Origin: an uncultured Candidatus Rokubacteria bacterium
GTDB lineage: Bacteria > Methylomirabilota > Methylomirabilia > Rokubacteriales > CSP1-6
DNA length: 64,000 nt
Assembly (NCBI GenBank): GCA_963754315.1
Contig: CAVWFS010000014.1
Location: 223,839-287,838 of the forward strand
Direction: 5' to 3'
Positions 50,947-59,438 of the stretch are shown piece after piece (within the stretch, counting starts at the first letter, position 1; the number at the start of each line of letters is the position of its first letter). The notes beneath the pieces were generated by a model. The model made no database searches, was not told where the DNA came from, and was given only the letters and a program-made list of their open reading frames with translations. Both the position numbers and the translations under genes were made by a program.

Positions 50947-51288
50947 CTATCGCCTGGCCGCGGCGTCGTTGCCCGGCACGTTGCCGATGAACTTCACCTG
51001 TTCGTTCCCTCTCAATACGTCGGGAGTAATCAGCCACGTTCCTCCACAGCTGGCACCGGCCACTCTGCCGGCAGTTGGCGGGGACACGATCGCCGTGAAC
51101 GCGCTGCCAACTCCCCCGAGGATGCAGGCACTCGCCTTCAACGGCGAATAGATCAGCGTCCCCAACACGCTCCCGGCGCCGTAGCCAACCTGCCCCAAGG
51201 TGCTTTCATCCGACGTGGAACCCGCCCAACTCGCCGTGCTGTGCCCCGCGAGCGTGAGCGCGACAAATGCCGCGACCATGGTCTTCAA
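50947..51288 (-). CDS. Hypothetical secreted/membrane protein
   Basis: Signal peptide, Gly-rich hydrophobic core, two Cys; AGGAG SD. Confidence 0.65.
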   Translation of the reverse strand: MKTMVAAFVALTLAGHSTASWAGSTSDESTLGQVGYGAGSVLGTLIYSPLKASACILGGVGSAFTAIVSPPTAGRVAGASCGGTWLITPDVLRGNEQVKFIGNVPGNDAAARR

Positions 51289-51327
51289 GTTTTGTCTCCT
51301 TTCTCCGCCCTCTGGTTGGTGGAAAGC

Positions 51328-51343
51328 GCACGTGCGATGCCAA
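51328..51343 (-). promoter_or_regulatory. Candidate sigma54 (-24/-12) promoter
   Basis: Minus strand TTGGCATCGCACGTGC: GG-N10-GC spacing upstream of the 51288 gene. Confidence 0.45.
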
Positions 51344-51348
51344 CCGCG

Positions 51349-51590
51349 CTATCTGAAGCCGAGCCCGTTGTCGCTGACGGAGACCGCGACGAAACCGTCC
51401 ACCAGTGCGGCGCGGAGTCGATGCGGCCGCCCTCTGGCGTGAATTTGATGGCGTTCGACAGCAGGTTCGGCACGACCTGTCGGACTTTACGCTCATCCGC
51501 GCGCATCTCGCCGAGTGAAGCATCCACGTTCAAGTGGAGCGGGATGCTCCTGCGGCCGCGGCCGGCCCGCTCGTGCACGAGGGTCATGGC
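51349..51590 (-). pseudogene. Internal fragment of a histidine kinase HATPase_c domain
   Basis: ADERKVRQVVPNLLSNAIKFTPEGG (N box), frameshift, VSVSDNGLG (G1 box), stop. Confidence 0.75.
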
Positions 51591-51737
51591 GTACCACGGC
51601 CGGGCACGGCTCCCGGGCGCGCACAAACGCGTTCGCCCTAGCCATTCGGGCGATACCCTTGCCCCGGGGCTTCGTGCATCGTGGATGCAACGTGGGAGCG
51701 TCCGAGTGCCGACGCGCCCTGAAGAGGGAGGATCCCG

Positions 51738-52637
51738 ATGCAGACCCTGCTTTCGCTCTCGAATGACCTCGCGGCGGCTGTCGAGCATGCCGCGCGTTCG
51801 GTGGTGGCCGTACACGCGCGCCCGCGGCTGCCCTCGACTGGCGTGCACTGGCGCCCGGGCATCGTGGTGACGGCCGAGCACACCGTGCGCGTGGACGATC
51901 AGATTCGCATCGCCTGGCCGGACGGGCGCACGGTTCCCGCGAGCCTTGTTGCCCGCGACCCCGGCACCGATCTCGCTGTCCTCCGGGTCGCCGACACCGA
52001 CTGGCCTCTCGCCGAGGTAGCAGACAGCGCCGCTCTCAAGGTCGGCACCCTGGTCCTTGCCGTCGGGCATGGGCCGCGGGCGAGCTGGGGAGTGGTGAGC
52101 GCCGTCGGCGGCGCCTGGCGGACATGGCGTGGCGGCGAGGTGGAGCGCTTCCTGCGCGTCGATCTGGTGCTGTACCCAGGCTTCTCGGGTGGACCGCTCG
52201 TGGATGCCTCCGGCAAGGTCGCCGGCTTGGTGACCTCGGGCCTGTCACGCCAGCTAGAGCTGGCCGTGCCGACCTCGACCGTGACGCGGATCGTCGACGA
52301 GCTTCTTGCCAGCGGGAGGATCAGCCGCGGCTATCTGGGGGTCGGGCTCCAGCCGGTTGTCCTTCCGGAGGGCTTGCGGAGGCTGGCGCCCGGCGGCGGC
52401 GACCGCGGCCTGATCGTGGTCAGCGTCGAGACTGACGGCCCGGCCGCACGTGCTGGCCTGATGCTGGGCGACGTACTGGTGGCTCTCGAGGGGCGGCCGC
52501 TGCAGGATCCCGGCGACGTGCAGGATGTGCTGGCCGCGCGCCGCGCAGGCACCGCGGTGACGGCCTCGCTCGTGCGCGCTGGCGAGCCACTGCAAGCCGC
52601 CATCACGCTCGGCGAGCGGCCGTCGCGGAGAAGGTAG
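51738..52637 (+). CDS. S1C (HtrA/DegP-like) serine protease with PDZ domain, no signal peptide
   Basis: VTAEH, TDLAVL, PGFSGGPL triad; RGYLGV...GPAARAGL PDZ. Confidence 0.9.
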   Translation: MQTLLSLSNDLAAAVEHAARSVVAVHARPRLPSTGVHWRPGIVVTAEHTVRVDDQIRIAWPDGRTVPASLVARDPGTDLAVLRVADTDWPLAEVADSAALKVGTLVLAVGHGPRASWGVVSAVGGAWRTWRGGEVERFLRVDLVLYPGFSGGPLVDASGKVAGLVTSGLSRQLELAVPTSTVTRIVDELLASGRISRGYLGVGLQPVVLPEGLRRLAPGGGDRGLIVVSVETDGPAARAGLMLGDVLVALEGRPLQDPGDVQDVLAARRAGTAVTASLVRAGEPLQAAITLGERPSRRR

Positions 52638-53291
52638 ATGCCGGTCGGCGAAGCGCACGGCCGCGGCGTGTACACGGCGCACGCACTCACGAGCGACCTT
52701 GCCGACGTAGCCGCTCGTCTCCAGGCGATCACCGTGGAGCTCCGAACCTCCGCCCAGGCGGGTGGGTCGGGGGTGATCTGGCGCCCCGATGGGCTGGTGG
52801 TGACGAGCGCCCATGTCGTGCCGAGCGCCGATCCTGGAGGGGGCGGCCCGCACCATAGCAGCGCCCGCGCCCACGGCGGAAGCGTCCGCACACATGTTGT
52901 GCTCGCGGACGGACGGCGCCTCTCGGCCACTGTCGTCGCGTGGGACCGGCAGCTGGATCTGGCCCTGCTCAGGATCGCGGCCCACGACCTTCCAGCCGCC
53001 GTTGTCGGCGATTCGGAACGTCTGCGACCCGGGGAACTCGTCCTGTCCGCCGGCCATCCGTTCGGCATGGCCGGAGCGGTCGTCACCGGAGTCGTGCACG
53101 CGACGCCGGGCAATACCGCAGCTCGTTGGATTCAGGCCGACCTGCGGCTGGCGCCCGGCAACTCCGGCGGCCCCATGGCCGACGCAGGCGGTAGCGTCAT
53201 CGGGATCAACGCGATGATCGCCGACAGACTGGCCCTTGCCGTGCCGAGTCACGTCGTGCGCGGCTTCTTACAGCGGTGCATCGATCCGTGA
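52638..53291 (+). CDS. Trypsin-like serine protease without PDZ
   Basis: GSGVIW, TSAHVV, DLALL, PGNSGGPM, GINAM. Confidence 0.88.
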   Translation: MPVGEAHGRGVYTAHALTSDLADVAARLQAITVELRTSAQAGGSGVIWRPDGLVVTSAHVVPSADPGGGGPHHSSARAHGGSVRTHVVLADGRRLSATVVAWDRQLDLALLRIAAHDLPAAVVGDSERLRPGELVLSAGHPFGMAGAVVTGVVHATPGNTAARWIQADLRLAPGNSGGPMADAGGSVIGINAMIADRLALAVPSHVVRGFLQRCIDP

Positions 53292-53926
53292 TCAGTGTCG
53301 CGGTGCGCGCCCCGGGTGCGACGTCGCGTGCCCGGCTCGAGGCGCTCGTCGCTCGGCAGCCGGGCCTCCAGCTGGTGCCACCCCCGCCCGTCGTGGCGGC
53401 TCCCGCGGATCACACTCCGGGCGCCGATGCTGATGTTCTCCTGATCGACCCCGGGGAGCAGCCTCTCGACCTTGCCATTGAAGCGCTGCCGCGTCTTCAC
53501 CGCTTGCCGCCCGTGGTGCTTCTGACCGGTGCCCTGGCTCCGGCGGCCGCGGTCCGGCTCCTGCGAGCCGGCGTGCGCGCCATCTTGCCGCGAGACGCGT
53601 CGCCGACCGAGGTCGCCGCCGGTATCGAGGCGGTGGCGGCGGGGCTGCTCGTTCTTCATCCATCGGCGGCGCCTGTTTCGCTCGCGAAGCCGCCGCGCAA
53701 GGAACGGGGCGCCCACAAAGCCGGCCGCGACTCGCTCACCCCCCGCGAGCTCGAAATCCTCGCGATGCTGGCCGAGGGCATGGGTAATCGCATGATCGCC
53801 CAGCGCCTCGGCATCTCGTCTCACACCGTGAAGTTCCACGTGGCGGCGATCCTCGACAAGCTGAGCGCGCGCAGCCGCGCGGAGGCGGTCGCCACCGGAC
53901 TCCGCCGGGGTTTGCTGATGGTGTGA
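53288..53926 (+). CDS. LuxR/NarL-family regulator with degenerate receiver domain
   Basis: LTPRELEIL...GNRMIAQRLGISSHTVKFHV. Confidence 0.88.
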   Translation: MISVAVRAPGATSRARLEALVARQPGLQLVPPPPVVAAPADHTPGADADVLLIDPGEQPLDLAIEALPRLHRLPPVVLLTGALAPAAAVRLLRAGVRAILPRDASPTEVAAGIEAVAAGLLVLHPSAAPVSLAKPPRKERGAHKAGRDSLTPRELEILAMLAEGMGNRMIAQRLGISSHTVKFHVAAILDKLSARSRAEAVATGLRRGLLMV

Positions 53927-53992
53927 GACGGGCGCCGACGCTCGCCGGATGTGCGGGACACGAGCGTGGGGACTTCGTGACGCGCGTATCGG

Positions 53993-54697
53993 TCAGAGCG
54001 CCGCGCGGAACGTAAGGTTGATGCGGCAGCGACCGGTCAGCTCATGCTCGCCGTCGGCGAGCATCCCGACCCCATGGAAGACGAGCCGGGCGGGACCGCC
54101 CCACACGACGACGTCGCCGCTTTCGAGGCTGATCCTGCGGGGCCGCTCGCGTCGGCGCAGGCCCCCGAACAAGAAGACCGCGGGCAGGCCGAGGGAGACC
54201 GAGACGATCGGGGCGCCGAAGTCACGCTCGTTCCGGTCCTGGTGCAGCGAGAGCTTGCTCCCGGGCTCGTAACGGTTGACCAGACACGCATCCGGCTCGA
54301 AGGCGGGGAATCCGCCGCCAGCGGCGGCCCGAGCGGCGAGCTGTCGAAACACCGACGGCATCGCGGGCCAGGGCCTCCCCGTGAGCGGATCGATCGGGTC
54401 ATAGCGATAGCCAGTCCGATCCGTTACCCACCCAGCCTGCCCGCAGTTGGTCATGGCCACCGACATGCTGTATCCGCCCGGAGTCACCATGTGCCGGAAC
54501 GGGGCCGCCGCCACGACGTCGGCCAGCGCCTCCATCAAGGCCGCGGCCTCGGGAGCAGCAAACGCCCTCAGCACGATGGCGCCATCGGTCAGGGGCATCG
54601 CCCTCGCGTCGGACGGAGGTAGGGCATCGAAGAGGTCACCGGGCGCCTCGCGGCCCTGCCCCACTGCCGAGCGATACTCACCCACTGGCCGAGCCAC
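53993..54697 (-). CDS. alkB: DNA oxidative demethylase AlkB
   Basis: MSVAMTNCG, GWVTDRTGYRY, LHQD, FHGV, RINLTFR; start uncertain. Confidence 0.95.
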   Translation of the reverse strand: MARPVGEYRSAVGQGREAPGDLFDALPPSDARAMPLTDGAIVLRAFAAPEAAALMEALADVVAAAPFRHMVTPGGYSMSVAMTNCGQAGWVTDRTGYRYDPIDPLTGRPWPAMPSVFRQLAARAAAGGGFPAFEPDACLVNRYEPGSKLSLHQDRNERDFGAPIVSVSLGLPAVFLFGGLRRRERPRRISLESGDVVVWGGPARLVFHGVGMLADGEHELTGRCRINLTFRAAL

Positions 54698-54720
54698 GCG
54701 GCCCGATCACCGCGCCCCCG

Positions 54721-55471
54721 TCATCGGGCGTCGTGAAAGATGATGCCAAGGGTATAGCGCTCACCCGAGCGCAAGCGGCTCACGCCATGGCGCAGGGTGA
54801 CCCGATAGTAGCCGCGGGCGCCGCGCACTGGCCGCTGCCGCACCGGAAAGATCACCCCTTCGCCCTGGCGCAAGTGGCACCACGTCGGCTCGCGACTGCA
54901 TTCGCGGGCGCTGCTCCGTAAGCACGAACTCGCCTCCCGTGAAGTCCCGGCCCGGCACCGAGAGCAGAAGGGTCAGTTGCAGCGGGAAGAGGTGCTCGCC
55001 GTAGACGTCCTGGTGCAGGCAGTTGTAGTCGCCGGCGCTGTAGTGGAGCAGGAGCGGGGTCGGCTTCGTCTGTCCAGCCCGATGACAGCGCGCGAGAAAC
55101 TCTCCATGGTCCTCGGGGTAACGCACGGCCACACCCAGGATCTCGTTCCAACGATTGGCGATGCCGACCAGGGCGGGATAGAGCGCTGCCCGAAGCGCCG
55201 TGACCACTCCCGGCAGGGGGTGGGCGAAGTACTTGTACTCGCCGCGCCCGAAGCCGTGGCGAGCCATTATCACCCGGCTACGGAAGCGCGTGTCGACTGC
55301 ATAGGTCGCGGCCAGCGCCGCACACTCGTCGGGAGCGAGCAGGGGCCCGGTGACGGCGTGTCCATCCGTCTCGAGGCAAGCGGCGATGCCGGGCCAGTCG
55401 AGCCCGGCAATCCGCTTGCCGATGTCGGCCCCATCCCTGACGGGCGACGGCGGCTGGGTAGCCGTGTTCAC
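54721..55471 (-). CDS. 2OG-Fe(II) oxygenase (DUF2086/Oxygenase-NA type); frameshift near 54866
   Basis: FRSRVIMARHGFGRGEYKYF, NCLHQDVYG, EQRPRMQSR, then RHGVS...RYTLGIIFHDA in the next frame. Confidence 0.85.
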
Positions 55472-56553
55472 GACGCGGCCTCGCGGGCAAGCAGCGCGCG
55501 CTTGCGTTCCACTCCCCAGCGGTAGCCGGCGAGCCCGCCGTCGGTGCGCACCACGCGATGGCAGGGAATGGCCACGGCGATCGTGTTCGCGCCACACGCC
55601 GCCCCCACCGCACGCACCGCCTCCGGTGCTCCGATGCGCTTGGCGATGTCGCTATAGGTCGTCGTCGCCCCCGCTGGAATCTCGCGGAGCGCCTTCCACA
55701 CGCGCTGCTGGAACGCGGTCCCACGCACGTCGAGGGGGAGATCGAAACCGAGGGCGGGCGCCTCGACGAAACCGACCACCTTGGCCACCAGCTGCTCGAA
55801 GCCCGCGTCGCCGCCAATCAGGGTGGCGCGGGGAAAGCGGTCTTGCAGATCGCGCACGAGCGCCTCGGGCTCGTCCCCGAGCGAAATCGCGCACACGCCT
55901 TTGTCGGTGGCGGCGATCAGGATCGAGCCCAGCGAGCACTCGCCAACCGCGAAGCGGATCGTGGTCCCCGCCCCGCCGGCCCGAAAGTTCGTGGGCGTCA
56001 TCCCTAAAATCCCCGCGGAGGCGGCGTAGAACCGAGCATTGGAGTTGAAGCCGGCCTCGTAGAGGGCGTCCGTCACCGTCTGTCTCCGCGACAACTCGTC
56101 CCGCACCCGCCGCGCGCGATGAGCCGCCCCATACGCTTTCGGCGTGAGGCCGGTGGTGGCCTTGAAGACCCGATGGAAATAGAACCGACTCATCGCGGCC
56201 GTCTCGGCGAGCGTGTCGAGAGTCGGCATGTCCTCGGCCGTCTCGATCAGGCGGCAGGCCTTTGCCACCGCCGCCGCCTGGTGCGTGGCGAGCGCGCGCT
56301 CGTGCGGCCGGCACCGTCGGCACGGTCGGAAGCCCGCCGCTTCCGCCTCCTGCCGCGTGGCATGGAAGCGGACGTTCTCGCGCCGCGCTCGACGGGCCGC
56401 GCAGCTCGGCCGGCAGTACACGCCGGTCGTGCGGACGGAGTAGTAGAAGATCCCGTCGGCGCGTCGGTCCCGACCCGCCACGGCCGCCCACCGATCGTCA
56501 GCGCTGGAAAATGGTGATCCTGGCGGCACCTTGCTCATGGTCCCAGAGTTCAT
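55468..56553 (-). CDS. ada: Bifunctional transcriptional activator / O6-methylguanine-DNA methyltransferase Ada
   Basis: YCRPSC and PCRRC zinc site, AraC HTH, IPCHRV active site. Confidence 0.95.
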   Translation of the reverse strand: MNSGTMSKVPPGSPFSSADDRWAAVAGRDRRADGIFYYSVRTTGVYCRPSCAARRARRENVRFHATRQEAEAAGFRPCRRCRPHERALATHQAAAVAKACRLIETAEDMPTLDTLAETAAMSRFYFHRVFKATTGLTPKAYGAAHRARRVRDELSRRQTVTDALYEAGFNSNARFYAASAGILGMTPTNFRAGGAGTTIRFAVGECSLGSILIAATDKGVCAISLGDEPEALVRDLQDRFPRATLIGGDAGFEQLVAKVVGFVEAPALGFDLPLDVRGTAFQQRVWKALREIPAGATTTYSDIAKRIGAPEAVRAVGAACGANTIAVAIPCHRVVRTDGGLAGYRWGVERKRALLAREAAS

Positions 56554-56625
56554 GATAGTCCTCCTTCTCGGTCTTGGCGCGCCCCAGGGCGTCTGCCTTC
56601 ACCGATCTTGGCGGAGCCCCCCGGC

Positions 56626-56654
56626 GCAAGCACTCCGGCTCTTGCTCTCGAATT
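56626..56654 (-). promoter_or_regulatory. Candidate Ada box
   Basis: Minus strand AAT-tcgaga-GCAA (A box-N6-B box) at 56654-56642, overlapping a GCAAG-N10-CTTGC palindrome. Confidence 0.6.
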
Positions 56655-56759
56655 CCAGGCACCGGATCTGGTCTGGCGCGGCCCTCCTCGCAGCCAATCC
56701 CCCCGCCCTCCCCGGCTGTCGACGTTCGACCCGAAGGTTTGAGAGGATAGAGAACGGCA

Positions 56760-57287
56760 ATGCCCGATATGACGCCCTTGACGTATAGGTCGGCCAAGAC
56801 CGAAGTGCGGGCGAGCCCCATTCACGGGCAAGGTCTCTTCGCCCGGGATGTCATCGCGGCCGGCGAGATTGTCGCCGTCAAGGGTGGCCACATTGTCACC
56901 AGGGCGGAATGGGCAGCCCTCGAGCCGGAGCTCGGCGCCGCCGACATCCAGATCGCGGAGGACCTGTTCATCGCTCCCGTGCGCCCGGACCAGCGACATG
57001 GCGGAATGATCTACACGAACCACTCGTGCGAACCCAACATCGCTATCCAGGGCCAGATCGTTTTCGTGGCCATGCGCGATATCGCCGCAGGAGAAGAGTT
57101 GACGCACGACTGGGCCACCACTGACGACGACGACTATGTGATGCGGTGCCGGTGCGGGCGCGCGAGTTGCCGCGGCACCATCAGCGGCAAGGACTGGATG
57201 AACCAGAAGCTGCAGGAAAGGTACCGCGGATGGTTCTGCTGGTTCCTCCAGCGCAAGATCGACGCGGCGACCGGCCGGCAATCCTGA
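56760..57287 (+). CDS. SET-domain protein-lysine methyltransferase with post-SET cysteines
   Basis: SPIHGQGLFA, NHSCEPN, RDIAAGEELT, CRCGRASCRG. Confidence 0.9.
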   Translation: MPDMTPLTYRSAKTEVRASPIHGQGLFARDVIAAGEIVAVKGGHIVTRAEWAALEPELGAADIQIAEDLFIAPVRPDQRHGGMIYTNHSCEPNIAIQGQIVFVAMRDIAAGEELTHDWATTDDDDYVMRCRCGRASCRGTISGKDWMNQKLQERYRGWFCWFLQRKIDAATGRQS

Positions 57288-57383
57288 AAGGACGCCAGGG
57301 CTGGTCCACGGCTGACGGCGGGCTCTCGCTCTCCTCCTGCGCTACCATCTCGTGGTGGGCATGAGCCCAGCGAGGGGGCGTGT

Positions 57384-57776
57384 ATGCAGCGGCCACGGCT
57401 CACGATCGTGCTGACGGCAGTCAACCTCCTGCTTCTCCTTCTGACGCTCGCGCTGGCAGGGCGCCCGGCGGCGGAGACCACTCCCGCCGTGCTCCGGGGG
57501 CGTGCGCTCGAGCTGGTGGATGACCGCGGCCAGGTGCGCTCACGGCTCACGGTAGAGCCGAGCGGCGAGGTTGTGCTGAGGCTGCTCGACAAGCACGGGA
57601 CCATCCGCGTCAAACTCGGGGCGGGCGAAGATGGCTCGGGACTGGTTCTGCTCGACGAGGTCACGGAGCCTGCTGTTCACGTCATCGCCCGCCGGACGGG
57701 CACCTCGGAGAGACCGACCACCACCAGCATCACCCTCAAGGGTGCCGATGGCCAGCCACGAGTGATCAAGCCGTAG
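57384..57776 (+). CDS. Hypothetical membrane-anchored protein
   Basis: N-terminal hydrophobic helix; LRGRALELVDDRGQVR beta-rich repeats. Confidence 0.7.
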   Translation: MQRPRLTIVLTAVNLLLLLLTLALAGRPAAETTPAVLRGRALELVDDRGQVRSRLTVEPSGEVVLRLLDKHGTIRVKLGAGEDGSGLVLLDEVTEPAVHVIARRTGTSERPTTTSITLKGADGQPRVIKP

Positions 57777-57807
57777 TGGACGCCCTCCAAGTAGATCGCT
57801 GACATCC

Positions 57808-58215
57808 ATGGCCCGGCGCCGCGATGCCGATGACGAGCTGTGGGCCCAGGAAGTGGCCTACTGGGACGCGGTGAAACGAGCGAACCTCACCGAATGCCTG
57901 GCCTTCCTGCACGACGACGTGGTGGCGTGGCCGGACGGGCGATCTGCGCCGGTGACCAAGGACGGGATCTTCCAGATGCTGGTAGCGATCCTGCCTACCG
58001 TGCGACCAGGGTCGGTCGGCATCGAGCTCAAGCGACGCGCCGTGCGCGCCTTCGCCGAGATGGGGATCGTGTGCTGCGACGTCCGCGTCCAGCTCCCGCC
58101 GGGCGGCGGCGCCGACCCCGTCAGGGAGAAGTGCATCCACGTGTGGGCGCGCACGGGCGACGGCTGGAAGGTCGTGGGAGGAATGAGCGCGCCCCTCGTC
58201 GTGCGCGAGCCGTGA
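57808..58215 (+). CDS. NTF2-like (DUF4440/SnoaL) protein
   Basis: FLHDDVVAWP...HVWARTGDGWKVVGG. Confidence 0.75.
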   Translation: MARRRDADDELWAQEVAYWDAVKRANLTECLAFLHDDVVAWPDGRSAPVTKDGIFQMLVAILPTVRPGSVGIELKRRAVRAFAEMGIVCCDVRVQLPPGGGADPVREKCIHVWARTGDGWKVVGGMSAPLVVREP

Positions 58216-58233
58216 GGACATGATCCTCGACAG

Positions 58234-58782
58234 CTAACCCGCGGCCCGTCCCTCCCTGGCCCCCTCATCGCGCGCCGCCGCCAGCAGATCGACGTAAGCG
58301 CCAGCGACGAGATCCTCCGGAGCGATGCCGAGCGCGGTCATGAGCGCGTGAGCCTCGGCGATGCCCAGCTCCGCTGGCTCATCGCTCCCAAGAACGACCT
58401 CCAGCTCAAGGAAATTGCCCAGCCCTTCCACGCGATCGAGATGGACACGCGTGCGGCCAACGAGATAGAGCGTTCGATGCTTGCGGACACGCCCCGCCTG
58501 CCCATAGGCGCTCGTCAGAGCCTCGCGCATCGCCTCCGGCTGTGACGTGGACGCGATGACGAAAGTCGACTGTTTCGGGCCCAGCTGATCGGGGCGCCGG
58601 TAGAAGATGAGCTGGCCCTCGTCAGGAGAGAGCGCGCGAAGCTTCAGCCGGCCACGGGGGCAAGCGAAGAAGGTGTCGTCCTGCGCTATCTCGACAGGGC
58701 CATGGTCGGCCAGGGCGGCTGCGCGGGCGGCCAGCGCCTCGACGCTCTCGATGCGTGCCTTGATCTCGACGTTCCGAGCCAT
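58234..58782 (-). CDS. CYTH domain protein (class IV adenylate cyclase-like)
   Basis: NVEIKAR, QDDTFF, RLKLR, RVHLDRVEGLGNFLELEV, AYVDLL. Confidence 0.9.
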   Translation of the reverse strand: MARNVEIKARIESVEALAARAAALADHGPVEIAQDDTFFACPRGRLKLRALSPDEGQLIFYRRPDQLGPKQSTFVIASTSQPEAMREALTSAYGQAGRVRKHRTLYLVGRTRVHLDRVEGLGNFLELEVVLGSDEPAELGIAEAHALMTALGIAPEDLVAGAYVDLLAAARDEGAREGRAAG

Positions 58783-58871
58783 CCAACGATGAGTATCGCC
58801 GATCGTTCCCCCGCGCGGGCCGGGCGCAATACCGAGCGTTCCACCCCGTGCGCCCCGCGCGCCCGAAACTC

Positions 58872-59390
58872 TCAGGTGACGGTCGAGAACTCGTCGCGAT
58901 ATCTGACCACGCCGGGCGTCAACGGCGCCCGGTCGAGGGGCAGCACCATGAACGCCTCGTCGGCAACGTCCCACTGACAACGTAGGCCATGGCGACTGGC
59001 GAGGGTGAACCCGAGGCGCGGATAGTACTGCGGATGACCGAGCACGACGACGAAGGGACACCCACGCAGACGGAGGCGCTTCGTCCCTTCGGTGACCAGC
59101 TTCGATCCGACTCCGTGCCGTTGACATTCGGGCAGCACCGCCATCGGACCGAGCCCCGCCCCCAGCACCGCATTGGGACGGGTCGCTACCGAGACCGGGC
59201 TGAACAAGATGTGACCCACCACGCGACCGGCGGCGACGGCGACGAGCGACAGCAGGATGCCTCCGTGGGCCCGCAAGAGGGCGACCAGGCGCGCCTCCTC
59301 GGGTCGACCGAACGCCGCCTCGTTGACGTCTCGGATGGCATCGGCGTCCGCAGGCTCTTCCTCCCGGATCGACACGTCCGCCTCCTTCAC
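58872..59390 (-). CDS. GNAT N-acetyltransferase (YhbS-like)
   Basis: VVGHILFS, LGPMAVLPECQRHGVGSKL, VLGHPQYYPRLGF. Confidence 0.9.
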   Translation of the reverse strand: MKEADVSIREEEPADADAIRDVNEAAFGRPEEARLVALLRAHGGILLSLVAVAAGRVVGHILFSPVSVATRPNAVLGAGLGPMAVLPECQRHGVGSKLVTEGTKRLRLRGCPFVVVLGHPQYYPRLGFTLASRHGLRCQWDVADEAFMVLPLDRAPLTPGVVRYRDEFSTVT

Positions 59391-59438
59391 CGCGCCCGCC
59401 TTCGAGCTGGCCGGAGCAAAGGTTCGAGGTCCCTGACC

